Assembly (NCBI RefSeq): GCF_040938485.1
Contig: NW_027272951.1
Span: 1-64,000, forward strand
Length of the DNA: 64,000 bases
Origin: Diadema antillarum
Taxonomy: Eukaryota
Direction: 5' to 3'
Shown here: positions 12,001 through 24,366 of the stretch, one piece after another
How positions within the stretch are numbered: position 1 is the stretch's first letter
Layout: every line of letters starts with the position of its first letter
Program-made: the position numbers and the translations under genes
Notes under the pieces: generated by a model
What the model was told of the DNA's origin: nothing
Database searches by the model: none
Seen by the model: only the letters and a program-made list of their open reading frames with translations

Positions 12001-12685
12001 ATCATTAATTGACTGTCTTTCATTCTTTTTTTTCTTTCTTTTTGCAGGGGATCAGGGGTGGTTTTAGATGACAACATTGTTGATTGCACACACCGTAGCC
12101 ATTATGCTATGAAAAGACTTGATTACATGACTAAATGTGAAAGGGGTATATCAGGTATCGTAATTGGCTTTTTGCAGAAAGCACTATCCTGGCAATAAAA
12201 TGGCTGTTCTACAGAGTCCTCTAATGAGGAAACAGTTTTAACATGGACAAATTTGTGATATGGATCACCACAAATCAAATGAAAAAGGTATAATGCAGAA
12301 CAATTCAGTGAATGGTTTCAACCACTGTCAGGAACCATGAACCAATTACAATTTCTCTATTATTGGACTCTCTTAGTATGAAAGTGCTCCTCTTGAACAA
12401 ATATTTCTTCATTCTGAGAATTTGATTCAGAAAGAATCTTAACAGGTTTTCATACATAATTACATTAAGAATATTCAATGTGATGACTGTTTATAATAAT
12501 AATATGTTCATTCTCATAGGCTCAATGACTCAACCCATATAGCTCTATTTGAAATCACGTTGTTGATATTTTGAAAGTGAAAGTCACTGCTATAAGAAAA
12601 CAATCATTGCTTCAACACATAATATTTGCCACCTTACCATGCTTTCTCCTTCCTCAGCCACATCATTTTTACTGGATGCTGCCAT
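1..12685 (-). CDS. TRPM-family cation channel-like gene, N-terminal part (spliced, continues beyond the left window edge)
   Basis: Phase-consistent GT-AG exons: 12685-12638, 11815-11748, 11298-11061, 10414-10252, 9884-9745, 9276-9087, 7674-7530, 7033-6843, 6061-5976, 5423-5283, 4033-3977, 2850-2691, 2021-1742, 1143-909, 95-1. The first 14 sum to 2142 nt (714 codons). TRPM-type motifs appear in order: FMKGRSCVQF, CCCG, WKLRPPRLVIS, HTHFLLVADG, VPVIRLVADG, MDHALVSGRIDTVEILL, ISLEDVG, YQELFILSV..AYFWQ, QLAEDLINACYAED, LWAGQV..WRVALC. Subfamily not assignable by eye. Confidence 0.9.
909..1143 (-). CDS. TRPM-like exon (QLAEDLINACYAED..LWGYTPCLHL..LWAGQV..KWR)
   Basis: Acceptor ctcttgacag, donor CGT|GTAAGC; open 78 codons; MHR4 motifs. 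Confidence 0.9.
1742..2021 (-). CDS. TRPM-like exon (YQELFILSVMCHRAETAAYFWQHLKERISGAL)
   Basis: Overlaps ORF 1597-2001; donor AG|GTGTGG. The acceptor could also be the in-frame AG nearer 1980. Confidence 0.88.
2167..2525 (+). mobile_element. Helentron-like (HINE-like) non-autonomous repeat, degenerate copy
   Basis: AACTAGAAAAG.ACTCTGAGAG.GCAGA start and AACATAACCTCC..CCTTGGC end; same family as 7767, 52636 and 55528. The class assignment is an inference from the subterminal inverted repeat. Confidence 0.6.
2691..2850 (-). CDS. TRPM-like exon (SERISLEDVGEVLLGLTLGTYKP)
   Basis: Acceptor atatgtacag, donor G|GTAATG; equivalent to TRPM ITLxDIGxVIxxLMGGxY. Confidence 0.88.
2880..3073. mobile_element. 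TA-flanked MITE family copy
   Basis: Similar to 6101-6285; ends GTTTTACAGTA. Confidence 0.65.
3977..4033 (-). CDS. TRPM-like short exon (ITSRPTIGILKETAWKKRK)
   Basis: Acceptor catttgtccgcag, donor AAG|GTGAAT; 57 nt, phase 0/0; fills the expected gap before ISLEDVG. Confidence 0.7.
4793..5182. mobile_element. Tc1/mariner-type MITE remnant
   Basis: TACAGTCAAACCCGTCTATAGCAGCCAC start and CGCTATAGACAGGTT end. Confidence 0.55.
5283..5423 (-). CDS. TRPM-like exon (AMDHALVSGRIDTVEILLQNG..LYNK)
   Basis: Inside ORF 5253-5477; donor AAG|GTGAGT; matches TRPM AMxxALxxDRVDFVxLL..LYN. Confidence 0.92.
5976..6061 (-). CDS. TRPM-like exon (VSPVHQFYIAQALGVKDL)
   Basis: Acceptor aatttcacag, donor ACA|GTAAGG; phase 1 to 0; sits where TRPM has QLxLALxWNRxDIA. 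Confidence 0.85.
6101..6285. mobile_element. TA-flanked MITE family copy
   Basis: TGTAAAACGAGGAATGTTCGCG..CGCGAATATATCCTGTTTTACAGTA; similar to 2880-3073. Confidence 0.7.
6843..7033 (-). CDS. TRPM-like exon (acidic linker, ESEIIYAALSK)
   Basis: Overlaps ORF 6703-7008; acceptor cacttgatgcag, donor G|GTAAGC. Confidence 0.85.
7530..7674 (-). CDS. TRPM-like exon (AVPVIRLVADG)
   Basis: Not in the ORF track; acceptor accttccaaag, donor AT|GTGAGT; phase 1 to 2, open. Confidence 0.85.
7767..8316 (-). mobile_element. Helentron-like repeat with subterminal inverted repeat ACCTCCGCCAAG / CTTGGCGGAGGT
   Basis: Reverse-complement match to 52636-53286. Confidence 0.75.
8903..9070. mobile_element. hAT-like MITE
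   Basis: TIR CAGGGCTGCACAC / GTGTGCAGCGCTG; TSD not resolved. Confidence 0.65.
9087..9276 (-). CDS. TRPM-like exon (LQPCHTHFLLVADG..AKLEIALS)
   Basis: Inside ORF 9082-9501; acceptor catctctcag, donor T|GTTAGT. Confidence 0.9.
9745..9884 (-). CDS. TRPM-like exon (GWIINDG..VPVIGITP)
   Basis: Inside ORF 9655-10101; donor GAG|GTGAAG; equivalent to TRPM AWIxTGG..xIGIAPW. Confidence 0.85.
10252..10414 (-). CDS. TRPM-like exon (HVTVYSD..WKLRPPRLVISLLG..AAQETG)
   Basis: Inside ORF 10208-10588; acceptor ttcactctcag; the phase-1 end joins the GWII exon. Confidence 0.9.
11061..11298 (-). CDS. TRPM-like exon (CCCG motif, MHR1 start)
   Basis: Inside ORF 11025-11315; acceptor ctaacctgcag, donor AAG|GTTGGT; PVCCCGQP..W..ETHT..GELGF. 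Confidence 0.9.
11521..11692. repeat. About 60-bp tandem repeat, three copies
   Basis: TTCCATGCTAT..AAACA..AATACT recurs at 11522, 11580 and 11642. Confidence 0.85.
11748..11815 (-). CDS. TRPM-like exon (RSLPMSAFMKGRSCVQFQQSSN)
   Basis: Acceptor ttcttccag, donor AG|GTGAGT; resembles the TRPM FxKRECxxF motif; 68 nt, phase 0 to 2. Confidence 0.85.
12638..12685 (-). CDS. TRPM-like exon, putative start exon (MAASSKNDVAEEGESM)
   Basis: ATG at 12685, donor ATG|GTAAGG, phase 0 joins the next exon. The start codon is inferred; an upstream in-frame extension is possible. Confidence 0.6.
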
Positions 12686-13340
12686 GTTCGTATTCCACCA
12701 GCTTTCTCCAGAGTCTCGTTCGCAATTGGGCGTACTGGTGCACTAAATACACGCAAAAGCCTCTGTGGAAAAATAGCTACATGTAGCCTCGAACTTCACA
12801 GAGCTGGCAAACACAATGAATGTAGTAAGGATTCATGGGACTAATAAGACAAAACTATTCCTTGTTAATGATACCGCCGCACAACCAGCAGAAATGACCA
12901 AGTGAAATGCCTCTGCATTTTATGGCATCATGTTAGGCTTTCGCCTGACAGAAAGAAAAGAGTGTGTATGGAGGGGGAGGAATGAGGTATTGAAAGGTTA
13001 GATCTTCTACAGAATTGTTCTTGGAACTTCATATTAAAGAGATTTGAGACAACTTTGGATTTACTGGCAATCTTTGGTTTCTGAGGTCTGATGTTTGGTG
13101 TAAAGCCAAACAACAAGGAAGCAAGACTTAATAGTTCCTGCTGAATTCTAGGTTATGATTGGCTGAAAGATGATATCATTTCATCTCTCCTTCTTTTTTT
13201 AACCTAGTCCTAAAGCAAGTTTGTATTAGCATTTGGGCCCACATACCAAGTCATGTCAAGCAAAGACAAGTTCAAATTGGTTCAAGTGTAGCAATCTGCT
13301 TTTAAAAATCACTCACACTCACCCACACTCACACATACAT

Positions 13341-13378
<38 letters not shown>

Positions 13379-13685
13379 AGACTTGACATACCGGTAATCC
13401 ATAAAAATTGAGGAATTTTAAGCTGCTCAACACACAGATGTCAATGTTATAGTAATCTCTAGTAAAACATAGCCTAGGACAATTACAATTCATGTGGAGC
13501 TAATAAAGAGGGGTAGTTTGAACCTCACTGTATTGTCTGTCATTCTGTACTCTACTTAACATCTATCTTCTTCCCTTCCTCTCCCTCTCTCTTTCTCTTG
13601 CTTTCTCCTTTTTAAATGTCCCCTCACTGCTTAGGAGAAGATCAGCAAAGCACCCATAACTAAAGACACAAACATACAAATTCAC

Positions 13686-13687
<2 letters not shown>

Positions 13688-13767
<80 letters not shown>
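13688..13767. repeat. (CA)n microsatellite
   Basis: Long uninterrupted AC run. Confidence 0.95.
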
Positions 13768-13768
<1 letters not shown>

Positions 13769-14961
13769 TATATCATCAAAACCAAACCTACTCTGCATGC
13801 AGATATTCCTGCATCACAAACTGCAAGGCTTTCATTCTTCTTCTCTTCTTCTTTTAAACAGTGCCATAATCTTAAATACATCTGTTTGATTTTATGTCAA
13901 GTCCAAGCTGAGCAGCTCTCCACCATTTCTTGTACCAGCAGCACTACAGCAAATGTCACACCTTGGCATGTTACTATATCCTTTGTTTTAATTAACCTTG
14001 CCTTCTGCTAAATGTAACTAGCCTTCACACGGGACGATATCAATATCTTTAGGTACCAGCACCTTTCAAACTTCAGAAATACTGCAGCAGCCTTTCGGGA
14101 TTAAGAAATAAAAAATCAGCGCATTTATATCTATACTAAATACATTTGGTTTTGCGATAAATAGTCTAATAAAGAACACAGTCACATGACTGAGGCTCAC
14201 TGGAAGTTATTGGGAGGATAAGTAGTTCTGTCAAATTTGTGTAAGTTAAGTATATTGCCAATTGTGATGAAAGCATGTGTATGACTGTACACTCATGAAA
14301 CTGCCTACCAATGTGTGGGAATAAAAAAATGATTTGATGGAAATGTGTTGGAGCTGGTGACCATGTAAACACAAAGACAGAGCAAAAATCATACTGTAAA
14401 TCATGTTTTATCACTTGGGTAATATTAGATTCAGTTTATTAGCACATTCAAATTACACTGTATACATTATTCATTAGTTTCTTACAAGACATGTTGTAAT
14501 ATTTTGACTACAAATACACACAGACCAGCTGTTTGTGTCTTTATTTTATGATTTTCTTTTACAATACATGTTGTGATATTTTGACTTCAAATACACACGG
14601 ACTAGCTGCAAGTGTGTTTTTATTGACATTATCACATCACAACATATGTCACTGGAAAGGTTATTAAAAACTTTTCAATAACACTAAGTACATGTTCCCG
14701 TACATCCTATAATGTCATGTAGACATTGGCATTCACATTCATGCATTTATACATCTATGGCATTAAGGTTTATACAGTCATACTGGTGATTACCATCAGT
14801 GTTCAATGCACAAATAATTATGCCCATGTGAATGCTGATGATGATTACCGTAGATTACTCTCACTCCCTATGAGTTTTAAAAAGCACTGGTAGCACGCCC
14901 AAAGTGCAATCCTGGGTGCTATATGTTATGCTTCCAAGCAATAAAGGAAACTCAGTAAAGG

Positions 14962-15203
14962 TACTGTATACGTCATATATCTAGTGAGTCTAAATTTTGT
15001 GAATCGAAACTTCTCAATGATTTCGCAAGTGGTCAACTTCGCCATCGTGTAGTGCTGTACTGAAGGGAGAAATGTATGCATGTGCATCACATTCGTATTA
15101 GGATCAGACTCATTATTTTTGCATGTCTTGAATTTTGCAAATAGCACCTGACTCGCAAAATTTGTGAAAATAAAACCTTGCAAAATATTCGGCGTATACA
15201 GTA
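14962..15203. mobile_element. TA-flanked MITE family with internal CGCGAA motifs
   Basis: TACTGTATACG..CGTATACAGTA; related copies at 2880-3073, 6101-6285, 61134-61653 and about 62280-62520. Confidence 0.75.
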
Positions 15204-15239
15204 TTCATCATAAATCTCTGACCATGTCAATGGAAACAG

Positions 15240-15780
15240 CTTGTTAAAAACTCTTCTGAAGTTGTGTGATTGATACCACGGTACTCAGGAGTGACTACTC
15301 CAAAGCACTTGGGTTTTGCTTGAGCTGATGAAGGCTGCTAAGGATTACGAAGTAATCGAAATTGAATCCGTTTGGAATTTTTCATAAAAAGCCGAGTATG
15401 ACCCTAATACCAACACAAAGGGTTTATTTACATCTCACATCAACACTCTCCTAAAAATCAAGCAAGAAGCTTCACGATGGCCAAAGTGAGCAAAATCTGA
15501 AGAGGACAAGGCTCGGTTCAGGAGGGACTGCCATCTAAATGTGGGGATATGGTTAGAACCAGACAAAATTGTCAAGAACAAGGGTTAGCAGTCCCTGTCA
15601 AACCTCATGTTGAATTCTTTCGGGGGATGTTTTAGTACGAGGACCAATCTGCCAAGTGTCAAAGTCATAAATTGTCTGCAAAACATTGTACTCCATGCTG
15701 ACTTCCAATCAAATCATCATCGCTGATTTGAACTTTGTCACCAAAGAAGTGATTGAGGTCAAGTTGGTGAAAAGGGACAA
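15240..15780 (+). pseudogene. Decayed Polinton/Maverick-type protein-primed DNA polymerase B fragment
   Basis: Hand translation with stops and shifts: STWVLLELMKAAKDYEVIEIESVWNF..GLFTSHINTLLKIKQEASRWP..GIWLEPDKIVKNKG*QSLSNLMLNSFGGCFSTRTNL. This matches the pPolB pattern LKxKQEASGWP..KNPGxRxxAKLxLNSxWGKF. Confidence 0.8.
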
Positions 15781-16347
15781 ATTTGATAGCTGAAGCAAGA
15801 TATAGGCATCACTTTCCTGCAACAATGCAGGTGTTAACTAGCGATGACATTGAAATGGAAACAGACAAATTCCACCTGGTTTCAGCAGAACAAAAAACTC
15901 ACGCTTCGTAAAGGGGCTGGGTGTGCTCCTCTTTGGATCAGACATGCTGAGGACCAGCTGCATTGAGGGCAAGGTTTGCCCCAGTTTCAAGGACCGTCCT
16001 GTCAAGGCTTCCTTGGATCCAGAACGTTTGAAAGCTTTAATTAGAAAAATTAATCATTATTTATGATTCAGTTAAAGCTTTTGTTCAACGCAGACTTGAT
16101 AGGACTAACCCAATAAATAGCTTTGTTATCCTTTTCTGAGTCGTCTCCACAAAAGTTGCTATGATAGGTCCTTAACCCAATATCTGTTAGGAGGCAATAA
16201 CATTGGCTCTGCGTGTTTTGCTGGATTGCGGAAGCTGATTGGATGTACAACTTGTAGTGTATATGTACCCGCTCTGTATTTGATTGAGCACAGCATCCTG
16301 GAAAAAAAAAGAAACAGTGGATGACCAATATGTACCTAAGAGAGGCC

Positions 16348-16655
16348 AACAGGTACGGCCAAAATGAGTAAAATCTGAAGAGGATGAGGCTCTATACATC
16401 AGGGACAGCCATCAAAATGAGTGGATATGGTTAGAACCACACAAAATTGTCAAGAACAAGGGTTAGCAGTCCCTATCAAACTCATGTTGAATTCCTTCGG
16501 AGGATGTTTCGATACGAGGACCAATCTGCCGAGTGTCAAAGTCATAAATTGTCTGCACAACATTGTACTCCATGCTGACTTCCGATCAAATCATCATCAC
16601 TGATTTGAACTTTGTCACCAAAGAAGTGATTGAGGTCAAGTTGGTGAAAAGGGAT
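16348..16655 (+). pseudogene. Second, shorter copy of the pPolB fragment
   Basis: Direct repeat of about 15479-15778; ORF 16421-16603 contains KLMLNSFGGCF..RTNL. Confidence 0.8.
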
Positions 16656-16889
16656 GAATTAGATGTGCAAAGGCCCTGTAATCCCTATGAGTTTTCTTTT
16701 AAACATTAATCATCAGCTCTGATCTATCATCCCAAATTTGCAACCTGCTCTGCATGTCCTATGTACTTCACCTTCCAAATTCAGTTCAGATTGATTATTT
16801 TTATTCAAAAATACACAGTTAAAGGGTTGTTTTTATTACTTTCTCTTGTAGATACAAGGCAGTGACAAGAGCCTCACAGAGCAATATCA

Positions 16890-17160
16890 TCAGTCTTCTG
16901 AAAGACGATTTTCCACACATATGCTCTCTCATCGACCTGGCTCAGTCGATGCAGAACATGACTTTAGTCAGCTAAAACTTCTCAAGACTGCTCAGCGTAC
17001 AAGGCTCAATGATGATGCTGTGTGCGACCAGATGATGGTTGTAGTACACTCCCCCTGCATCGAAGACTTTGACCCATGCCCAGCAATACAACTGTGGAAC
17101 ACTGCAGGACCACAGAGGCGGCGCTTTGAAGCTGACAGCAGTGACAGCAAGGAGGATTAA
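16890..17160 (+). pseudogene. hAT transposase C-terminal dimerisation-domain remnant
   Basis: LKDDFPHICSLIDLAQ, then (ORF 16921-17160) DAEHDFSQLKLLKTAQRTRL..IEDFDPCPAIQLW, typical of the ERxFSxxxxIKTxxRxRL motif. Confidence 0.8.
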
Positions 17161-20100
17161 TGCTCATACCTACCTTGCTTATCAAGCCAAGACTAATCTA
17201 AGATCCTGTGTGTCACAATACAGATACGAAACATGATGATTATCAACCGATGATGACGATGAACCAGAGATAATTGATAAAAATACAATGGCAAAAACAA
17301 AATGAAAAAAGTATTACAATTTTTACACTCTATCAGCAAGTAAACAAGATTAACTCTTAATGTGCCAGGCCCAAAACCCCTAACGTGCCAGAGATTTTTA
17401 GCCAGTGCTCGGAAGCTCCGAATCTGGATAGACAGGGTAATTTCAAACTGTCATATCTCTGTAATTACTGCTTGTTTTGAAATGTTGTCTGCACAAAAAA
17501 TGTGGAGAAATGGTAATTCTTTCGTGCCATGTCGTCAGTTTGCAGTAATATTTATCCTAATTTGAAATATTGCTGAAAGAAATCATATCATAAAAAAATT
17601 ATTAAGAAATTTTGGGTAGCATGAAAAGGAAGAATTAATTGTGAATTTTCTTCAATAGAACGTGTGTTTGACTCTGTGACAAAGTTTTAGATATACATTT
17701 TTTCTTTCGAATGATACCACATTTGTCAACTAGAGTCGTATACTTTCAAAGATATTCGCAGTTTGTTTTGCCCATGCAATTTACTTTTTTGACCGAGTAG
17801 TTCATTCCCAAACTTTGGTTATTTAGTCCCGGTTCCTCTTTGAGAGTAAAGGTAATTGTCCCGGGTCTTGGAGGAGAGTCTTTCCACTCTTTTATCCATT
17901 TGAGCAGGAAGTGCCAACAGTAATCCCTCTTTTGTTAGTGTGAGGGGCGAGCGTGCCCTATTGAAATCGGCAGTCCTTTGTCGGTGAGGGGCTCGTTGGC
18001 GTGCGAGCCCATGGTCACAGGCGGAGATAATCCGAGGATGCCTTGAACAATGTGCTACACTGTTGGACCAAAAAATATCTTATTGACAATGCGGCGCATG
18101 CCTTCCTTATTATTTCATCAAAAGTCTACGAGTAATCGATCAATGGTCAGTTCCTTGTTTTGCGTAGCTACCCACCACCAAAGCGATCGCGGCATGACTA
18201 AAGTGTAACCTTAGTAACTTCATAACAACGACGCGTGTTTGGCTCACAACAAGCGATTTACTCACAGCACCACGAGGACAGCCGCTGAAACCTGCAGTTG
18301 AAGCCACGTGCTTGTTGCGCCTAGCGCTGGCTGAAACCAGATACGTGGAACAAAGTGGAATTTGAAAATATAGCACTACACATATCTACATAATCCTCAT
18401 TCTGAAACGTTCACCAGATTTTGAAGAGCAATCAGACCCTCATCTAGGTCTAATATTCCCGCGAACTGTATGCGAACATCGTTTTGTAGGAATATGAAAT
18501 TCTCAAACTAATTAGTCTATTTCAAAATGAAGGACATAATGGCACACAGACCAAGAACTACACATCCATATGAAATAAACAAAGGTTACTGATAGTTCAT
18601 TTGCGTGCACTGCAGTGCGGTGATTCGGGGGGGGGGGGGGGGAGGCGTAAAGAAATGGAGAGAGTGATTTTTGGTTTGCGTATTTCTGAATATTTCAAAA
18701 GATTTTGATCGGTAACAATATCATTGTTTACTGAAATTATTTTGGAGCTTAGTGAGTTTCATTTTCGTATCGCACCAATATTATGACCATGTGAAAAAAT
18801 CTATTACTTTGCTTTTTGACGTGATCGGTACATTGGGTGTTGGGTAACACTTACAAACAGAATATCAGCGATATTAGAGGTATCCCAGAAATTGTACTTC
18901 ACTTCGGAAAAGTGTTTTGATGCTGGACCTTCGCATGACGGCAGATTCATTTCCCGACATTTTAACCGCTAACGTCTCACAACCTTAGTAATATCGGAGA
19001 AAACTGCAAAATCAGAATGTAAAGTCTAGCACTCATCCGTCGCGAAAGTCATGCATCCACACATCAAAGAATATGATCAAGTCAAGCACGCATCCTTATG
19101 TTTTGAAAAAAAAAGAAAATATATATAAAATTGTTAAACATTATATGATTAGTATGATCACGTTATTTGAGGTAAAAAAAAAAAAAAACATAAGGGAAAA
19201 CATTTGAGGTGCAGTAAAAACTAAAATCTTTCCAACAAAATTACCATGATGCAAAATGATAGAAAGAGAGAATCAAAGGACTTCAAAAATCATCGTACCC
19301 GTGTAGCAGCTATAAAGAAGAAGGCAATGCTGGTAAGTGGGATTGAGCCGCCGGGGCAACAAAATATCAAGCAAAGAAACAAGATGTCAATCAATCAAAC
19401 AAACAAACAACGAAAAGAAACTACAAACATAAAGACAACCTTTAGAAACTCTGCTAATGTGGGCTTTTTTGATGTCATTATCTCTCTTTTGAAATTACGT
19501 CTCCTTACTCGCTAATCGCTCCTGATTAGTTTACGTTATTCAGCAGTATAGTCAATACAGCTATCTTCTGTCGGAAGATCTGAGGCGCTTTTCTTATTGC
19601 TGCTAATTCTGTTCACTACACGTCTTGTAACTCAGAGTGTCATCTTTTTCTCTAGCAGAAACAGTATTTACACTCTATACTGTCGAAGTTCAGTCGTCCC
19701 GGTGTAGCGTAGAATGCTAGCTTCATTATTCATACTTTTCTTTATCAATTTTTATGATTTCGATCACTGATCGTGCCTTTGCATAAATCAAAGTATGTGC
19801 TCTGTCTCACCCTCTCTTTCTCTCTCCCTCACTCTCTCTTTATATCTTGCCCCTCAACTTCTTCATTTCTGATCGTTGACTTGTTATTCACATTAGGCAT
19901 AATTGACTGTGAAGTTACGATAATCTCAATGTCAATAGTAATCACTATCGCTGCAAAGGAAGGGGGAAGTTTTCGCCGTCTGGTTCATGAGTTCAATTAG
20001 ATACGCTCAATGATGATAATAATTATACATAATAAATGAATGCATGTACACGCCAAATACAGAATGAGCTGTTTTTCACGTTTGTAGTTTCGTATACATC

Positions 20101-21047
20101 CATGCAATCACTCGTATGCTGTAGGATGCATATAGGATGATGCTTCATTTCGCTACAAACTGAAGGGTTTCAAGGAATGAATGCAGAACACAGGTGGTAC
20201 TGAAACTCATATTTTGTTGTGCACAGAAATGAAGCAAAATATGCTATAGGCAAAGGGAGTCGAAGTAATTCCTGTCAAAGATTAATTTGGAAACGTGTTT
20301 TACTGACCTAAAAACTCAAACCATGTTCAATAAAGCGTAGGTGTCACGCTAGTATATAAGTTTCATTCACAGGCTTCGACTATAACTATCATAGGGCTCT
20401 TCTAGTCTTCATAAAACATGTATCGTTTTCTTGCAGCTCCGCGATGCTCACTGCATTTGAAAGTCGACCGAAAGAACTCTCACAAAAGGCGAAGTTTGTA
20501 TATGCTTATATATACTGCGTTTATTCATGAACTAAAGCTTTCTTTGAACATGCAAAATCTTCACAACTTATGCTACCATCAGGGGAGGTCTCTTGAATTC
20601 TTGGTTTCTGTTCTGTACGTTGCTCTGATTGACTCTTCTTTCTTGGTAAAGACCCTATCTGCGCTAATGATAATCATTTCCTATTTTTTCTCACAGTCCG
20701 TCGAAATCAGAGGCCTTCCTTCAACACCCTGTCATTACCACATTCTTCATACAAGGTACCCCACGTATTTCAAGTACCTGTATACAGCTTGTTGATTTTC
20801 TTTTTTTGATAACAATTAGATGCATTACTGACATAATCACTTCTTGAAAAATGTACACGAAAATCGTTGGCACAATGCATACAGTCAATCCACGTTGCTA
20901 TAGACATGATGGAGGATGGTTATGGAAATACATGTACGGACCCATCACAACAGCCACGTCCCACCGGTATCGAGACAGGAGTAATGCAACTGGAATGGAC
21001 AGAATTTGAATCTGTTTTGAAAATTGAATAATACAGAGCTAAAAAAT

Positions 21048-22064
21048 GATAGTTTGATTTTTTTTAAGAACATGTGAATACCTCTAGTATCCAAAATTCA
21101 CGGAAATGGGTATTGTACTGCCCGCGATCTTCAATTCTGATCTGTGGTAACAGCGAGTTCTTCAGATCGGCGACGCTAACATCAAGACGGCGCAGATTCC
21201 CGTGTTGGACAATGATCATGGCTGTTGGCTGTGTCGCGCATGTTCAGAACATAATGATCTGCCTGATTAGCGTCCTCTTAGCGTTTGCGAGGCAAATCTT
21301 TAGTTCGTGTTTATACCACTGTGTGGTCAAGATGAGAGAGATGAATGGCAAGTTTTATGATTGAAACTTGTCTGTGTTCTTTCTTTCCTTTTTCTCGCAA
21401 AAGCTGATTGCTTTTCTTATAGGCTACAACACGGTATTATGTATCCTGAAGAAGCTTTGCAAAGCGGAATAAACAAAAAAATCTGACTGCAGCATGAAGG
21501 AGAAGCATTTTATGTTCTGCTTTACATGGTACATATTTTGTCCTATACTATTATGACAGAGAAGAAGCGCCGTCTTAGGTTATCAAGCGCAGTCGTTATA
21601 ACATTACTGTCAAAATATATATATATATATATACTTCTATATACATGTCGGTAGAAAAGATGAAGAAGTAGAATGGTAATGAATTTTGAAAGTCCGAATG
21701 TGCTAATAAATAGCACTGTTGGACTGTCAAAATGCATTACCACTCTACTTGTTTATCTTTTCTTTACTGGTACCAACACGCGGACTATGAGTTTCATAAT
21801 ACATAATCATAATCTATATATATATATAGCATACAAGGTGAAGCGGCTTGGCCTCCTACGTTGTGGGTGCTGCATTATATTCATGTGTAGGTGTGTCGGG
21901 AAAGACTGCTCGCAGATGTTGCAGTAATGTTCACTAATAGCCTTTTACTCTCCCAAGCTTTCGACCGAGTTACCAGTCTTTTTCAAGGGCTTGGAACGTA
22001 AACACAAAAGCAGAAAAGCAACCAATTTGCATACATTTGAACAGAATAAGGCAAAATCGTATAT

Positions 22065-22135
<71 letters not shown>

Positions 22136-24317
22136 CAACAGTAGGTCAATATAAACTCCGTTGGAGACATAAATTTGACGCATTTTCGCCCATAGGGCTT
22201 TGTCAAGTCAATACATTTGACACTTTACGTCTCCAACGGAGTTTATATTGACCTACTGTAGTGAATCTATACTTTCTTAGGACTCCGAGAAGAAACTATT
22301 TGTTGCTGTTATATATATATACATATATATATTATATATATATATATATATTATACATATAAGAGAGAGAGAGAGAGCGAGGAAGAGAAGGCGCCTTGTA
22401 CAGAACAAGTGTACATGTAGCTACTTCATTATTCATCCAGGGTGAGAAGATAAGGGCATTCACGAACGTAGTTCAACGAATGTGTGTATACGTGGAACAT
22501 GTACGTTGAATTATCTATACGTCCATGAATGCCTTTATCTATTCCCACTCTGCATATTATGTATGTATGTATATCTTTTAAATCGACATGACAATGCTTT
22601 ATTGAAATGAATATTTAATTTCTTTTCAATATTTAGTTCGTTGACATACTTGATGAAACCTAGATTTACAGCCCACAATCAATTGCGCGATAATATAGTC
22701 TGTCACAATCATTCACGTGTTTGATTCTGCTGGCAGAAAAGGTACAATATGACAGGGAAAAGGTAAGGTTGACATTCGCAATTGAGGTGTTGCCAGTTCA
22801 AAACACTCATTCCCCATTATTTTACGAGTGTTTACAGACCGATATTCTTGTTTCGACGGGATAAGTTCATATATTTCCATAGTTTGACCAACAAAATACT
22901 GACACATGTTTTTCGAATGTAACAAACCATGACCAAGGTTGGATATCATGGCCTTCTTTTGTCTGAGGCGGTCTTTCGGTAGGCGCTTTCATCTATGCAA
23001 ATAAGGCACTCTTATTGTATTCGCGGTGAGGTGGCGTGGCCATGAAACATCTATTCACGCGTGCCGCGCCTTTATTATGGGCTAGGTTTTGGAAATAGGC
23101 GGTACTCTTTCTTTTCAGGTCTTTCAAACGAAAGTTTTATTCTAGAGCTATAATAACCTTTGCTTATACGTGATTGGCGAAGGTATCGAACGTTGATAGT
23201 TTTAATCCTGCTATTCTATCACCCGAACTGATCACATTGACTTACATAAGAAGGGGGAAATTGCCAGTGATCATCATTTATCTCGATCGATAGTGTGATT
23301 TTTTTATGCACATGTGAATACCTCTAGTATCCAAAATTCATGGAAATGGGTATTCTACTACCCGAGATCTTCAATTCTGATCTGTGGTAACAGCGAGTTC
23401 TTCAGATCGGCGACGCTAACATCAAGACGGCGCAGCCTCCCGTGTTGGACAATGATCATGGCTGTTGGCTGTGTCGCGCATGTTCAGAACATAATGATCT
23501 GCCTGATTAGCGTCCTCTTAGCGTTTGCGTGGCAAATCTTTAGTTCGTGTTTATACCACTGTGTGGTCAAGATGAGAGAGATGAATGGCAAGTTTTACGT
23601 TTGAAACTTGTCTGTGTTCTTTCTTTCCTTTTTCTCACAAAAGCTGATTGCTTTTCTTATAGGCTACAACAACACGGTATTATGTATGCTGAAGAAGCTT
23701 TGCAAAACGGGATAAAAAAATCTGACTGAAGCATGAAGGAGAAGCATTTTTATGTTCTGCTTTACATGGTACATATTTTGTCCTATACTATTATGACAGA
23801 GAAGAAGCGCCGTCCTAGGTTATCAAGTGCAGTTGTTATAACATTGCTGAATTTATAATTGTATGTAAGATACATATATTTTGGTATATATATATATATT
23901 TCTATATACATGTAGACAGAAAAAATGATGATGAAGATGAAGACTGTCAAAATGCATTACCACTCTACTTTTTCATCTTTTCTATACCTACTGGTACCAA
24001 CACGCGGACTAAACGTTTCATTATATATAATCATATATATACAACATATAAGGTGAAGCGGGCTTGGCCTCCTACGTTGTGGGTGCTGAATTATATTTAT
24101 GTGTAGGTGTGACGGGAAAGACTGCTCGCAGACGTTGCAGTAATGTTCACTAATAGCCTTTTACTCTCCCAAGCTTTCGACGGAGTTACCAGTCTTTTTC
24201 AAGGGCTTGGGACGTAAACACAAAAGCGCGCAAAAAAGCAACCAATTTGCATACATTTGAACAGAATAAGGCAAAATTATTAATATTATAAAGATACACA
24301 TATGTGTATTAAAAATA

Positions 24318-24366
<49 letters not shown>

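Noticed and set aside
21074-21364. 96-aa ORF retained in both duplicate units (also 23314-23604)
   Set aside because: GTG start and no recognisable domain; retention is explained by recent duplication. An antisense short ORF is broken by a stop in unit 2.
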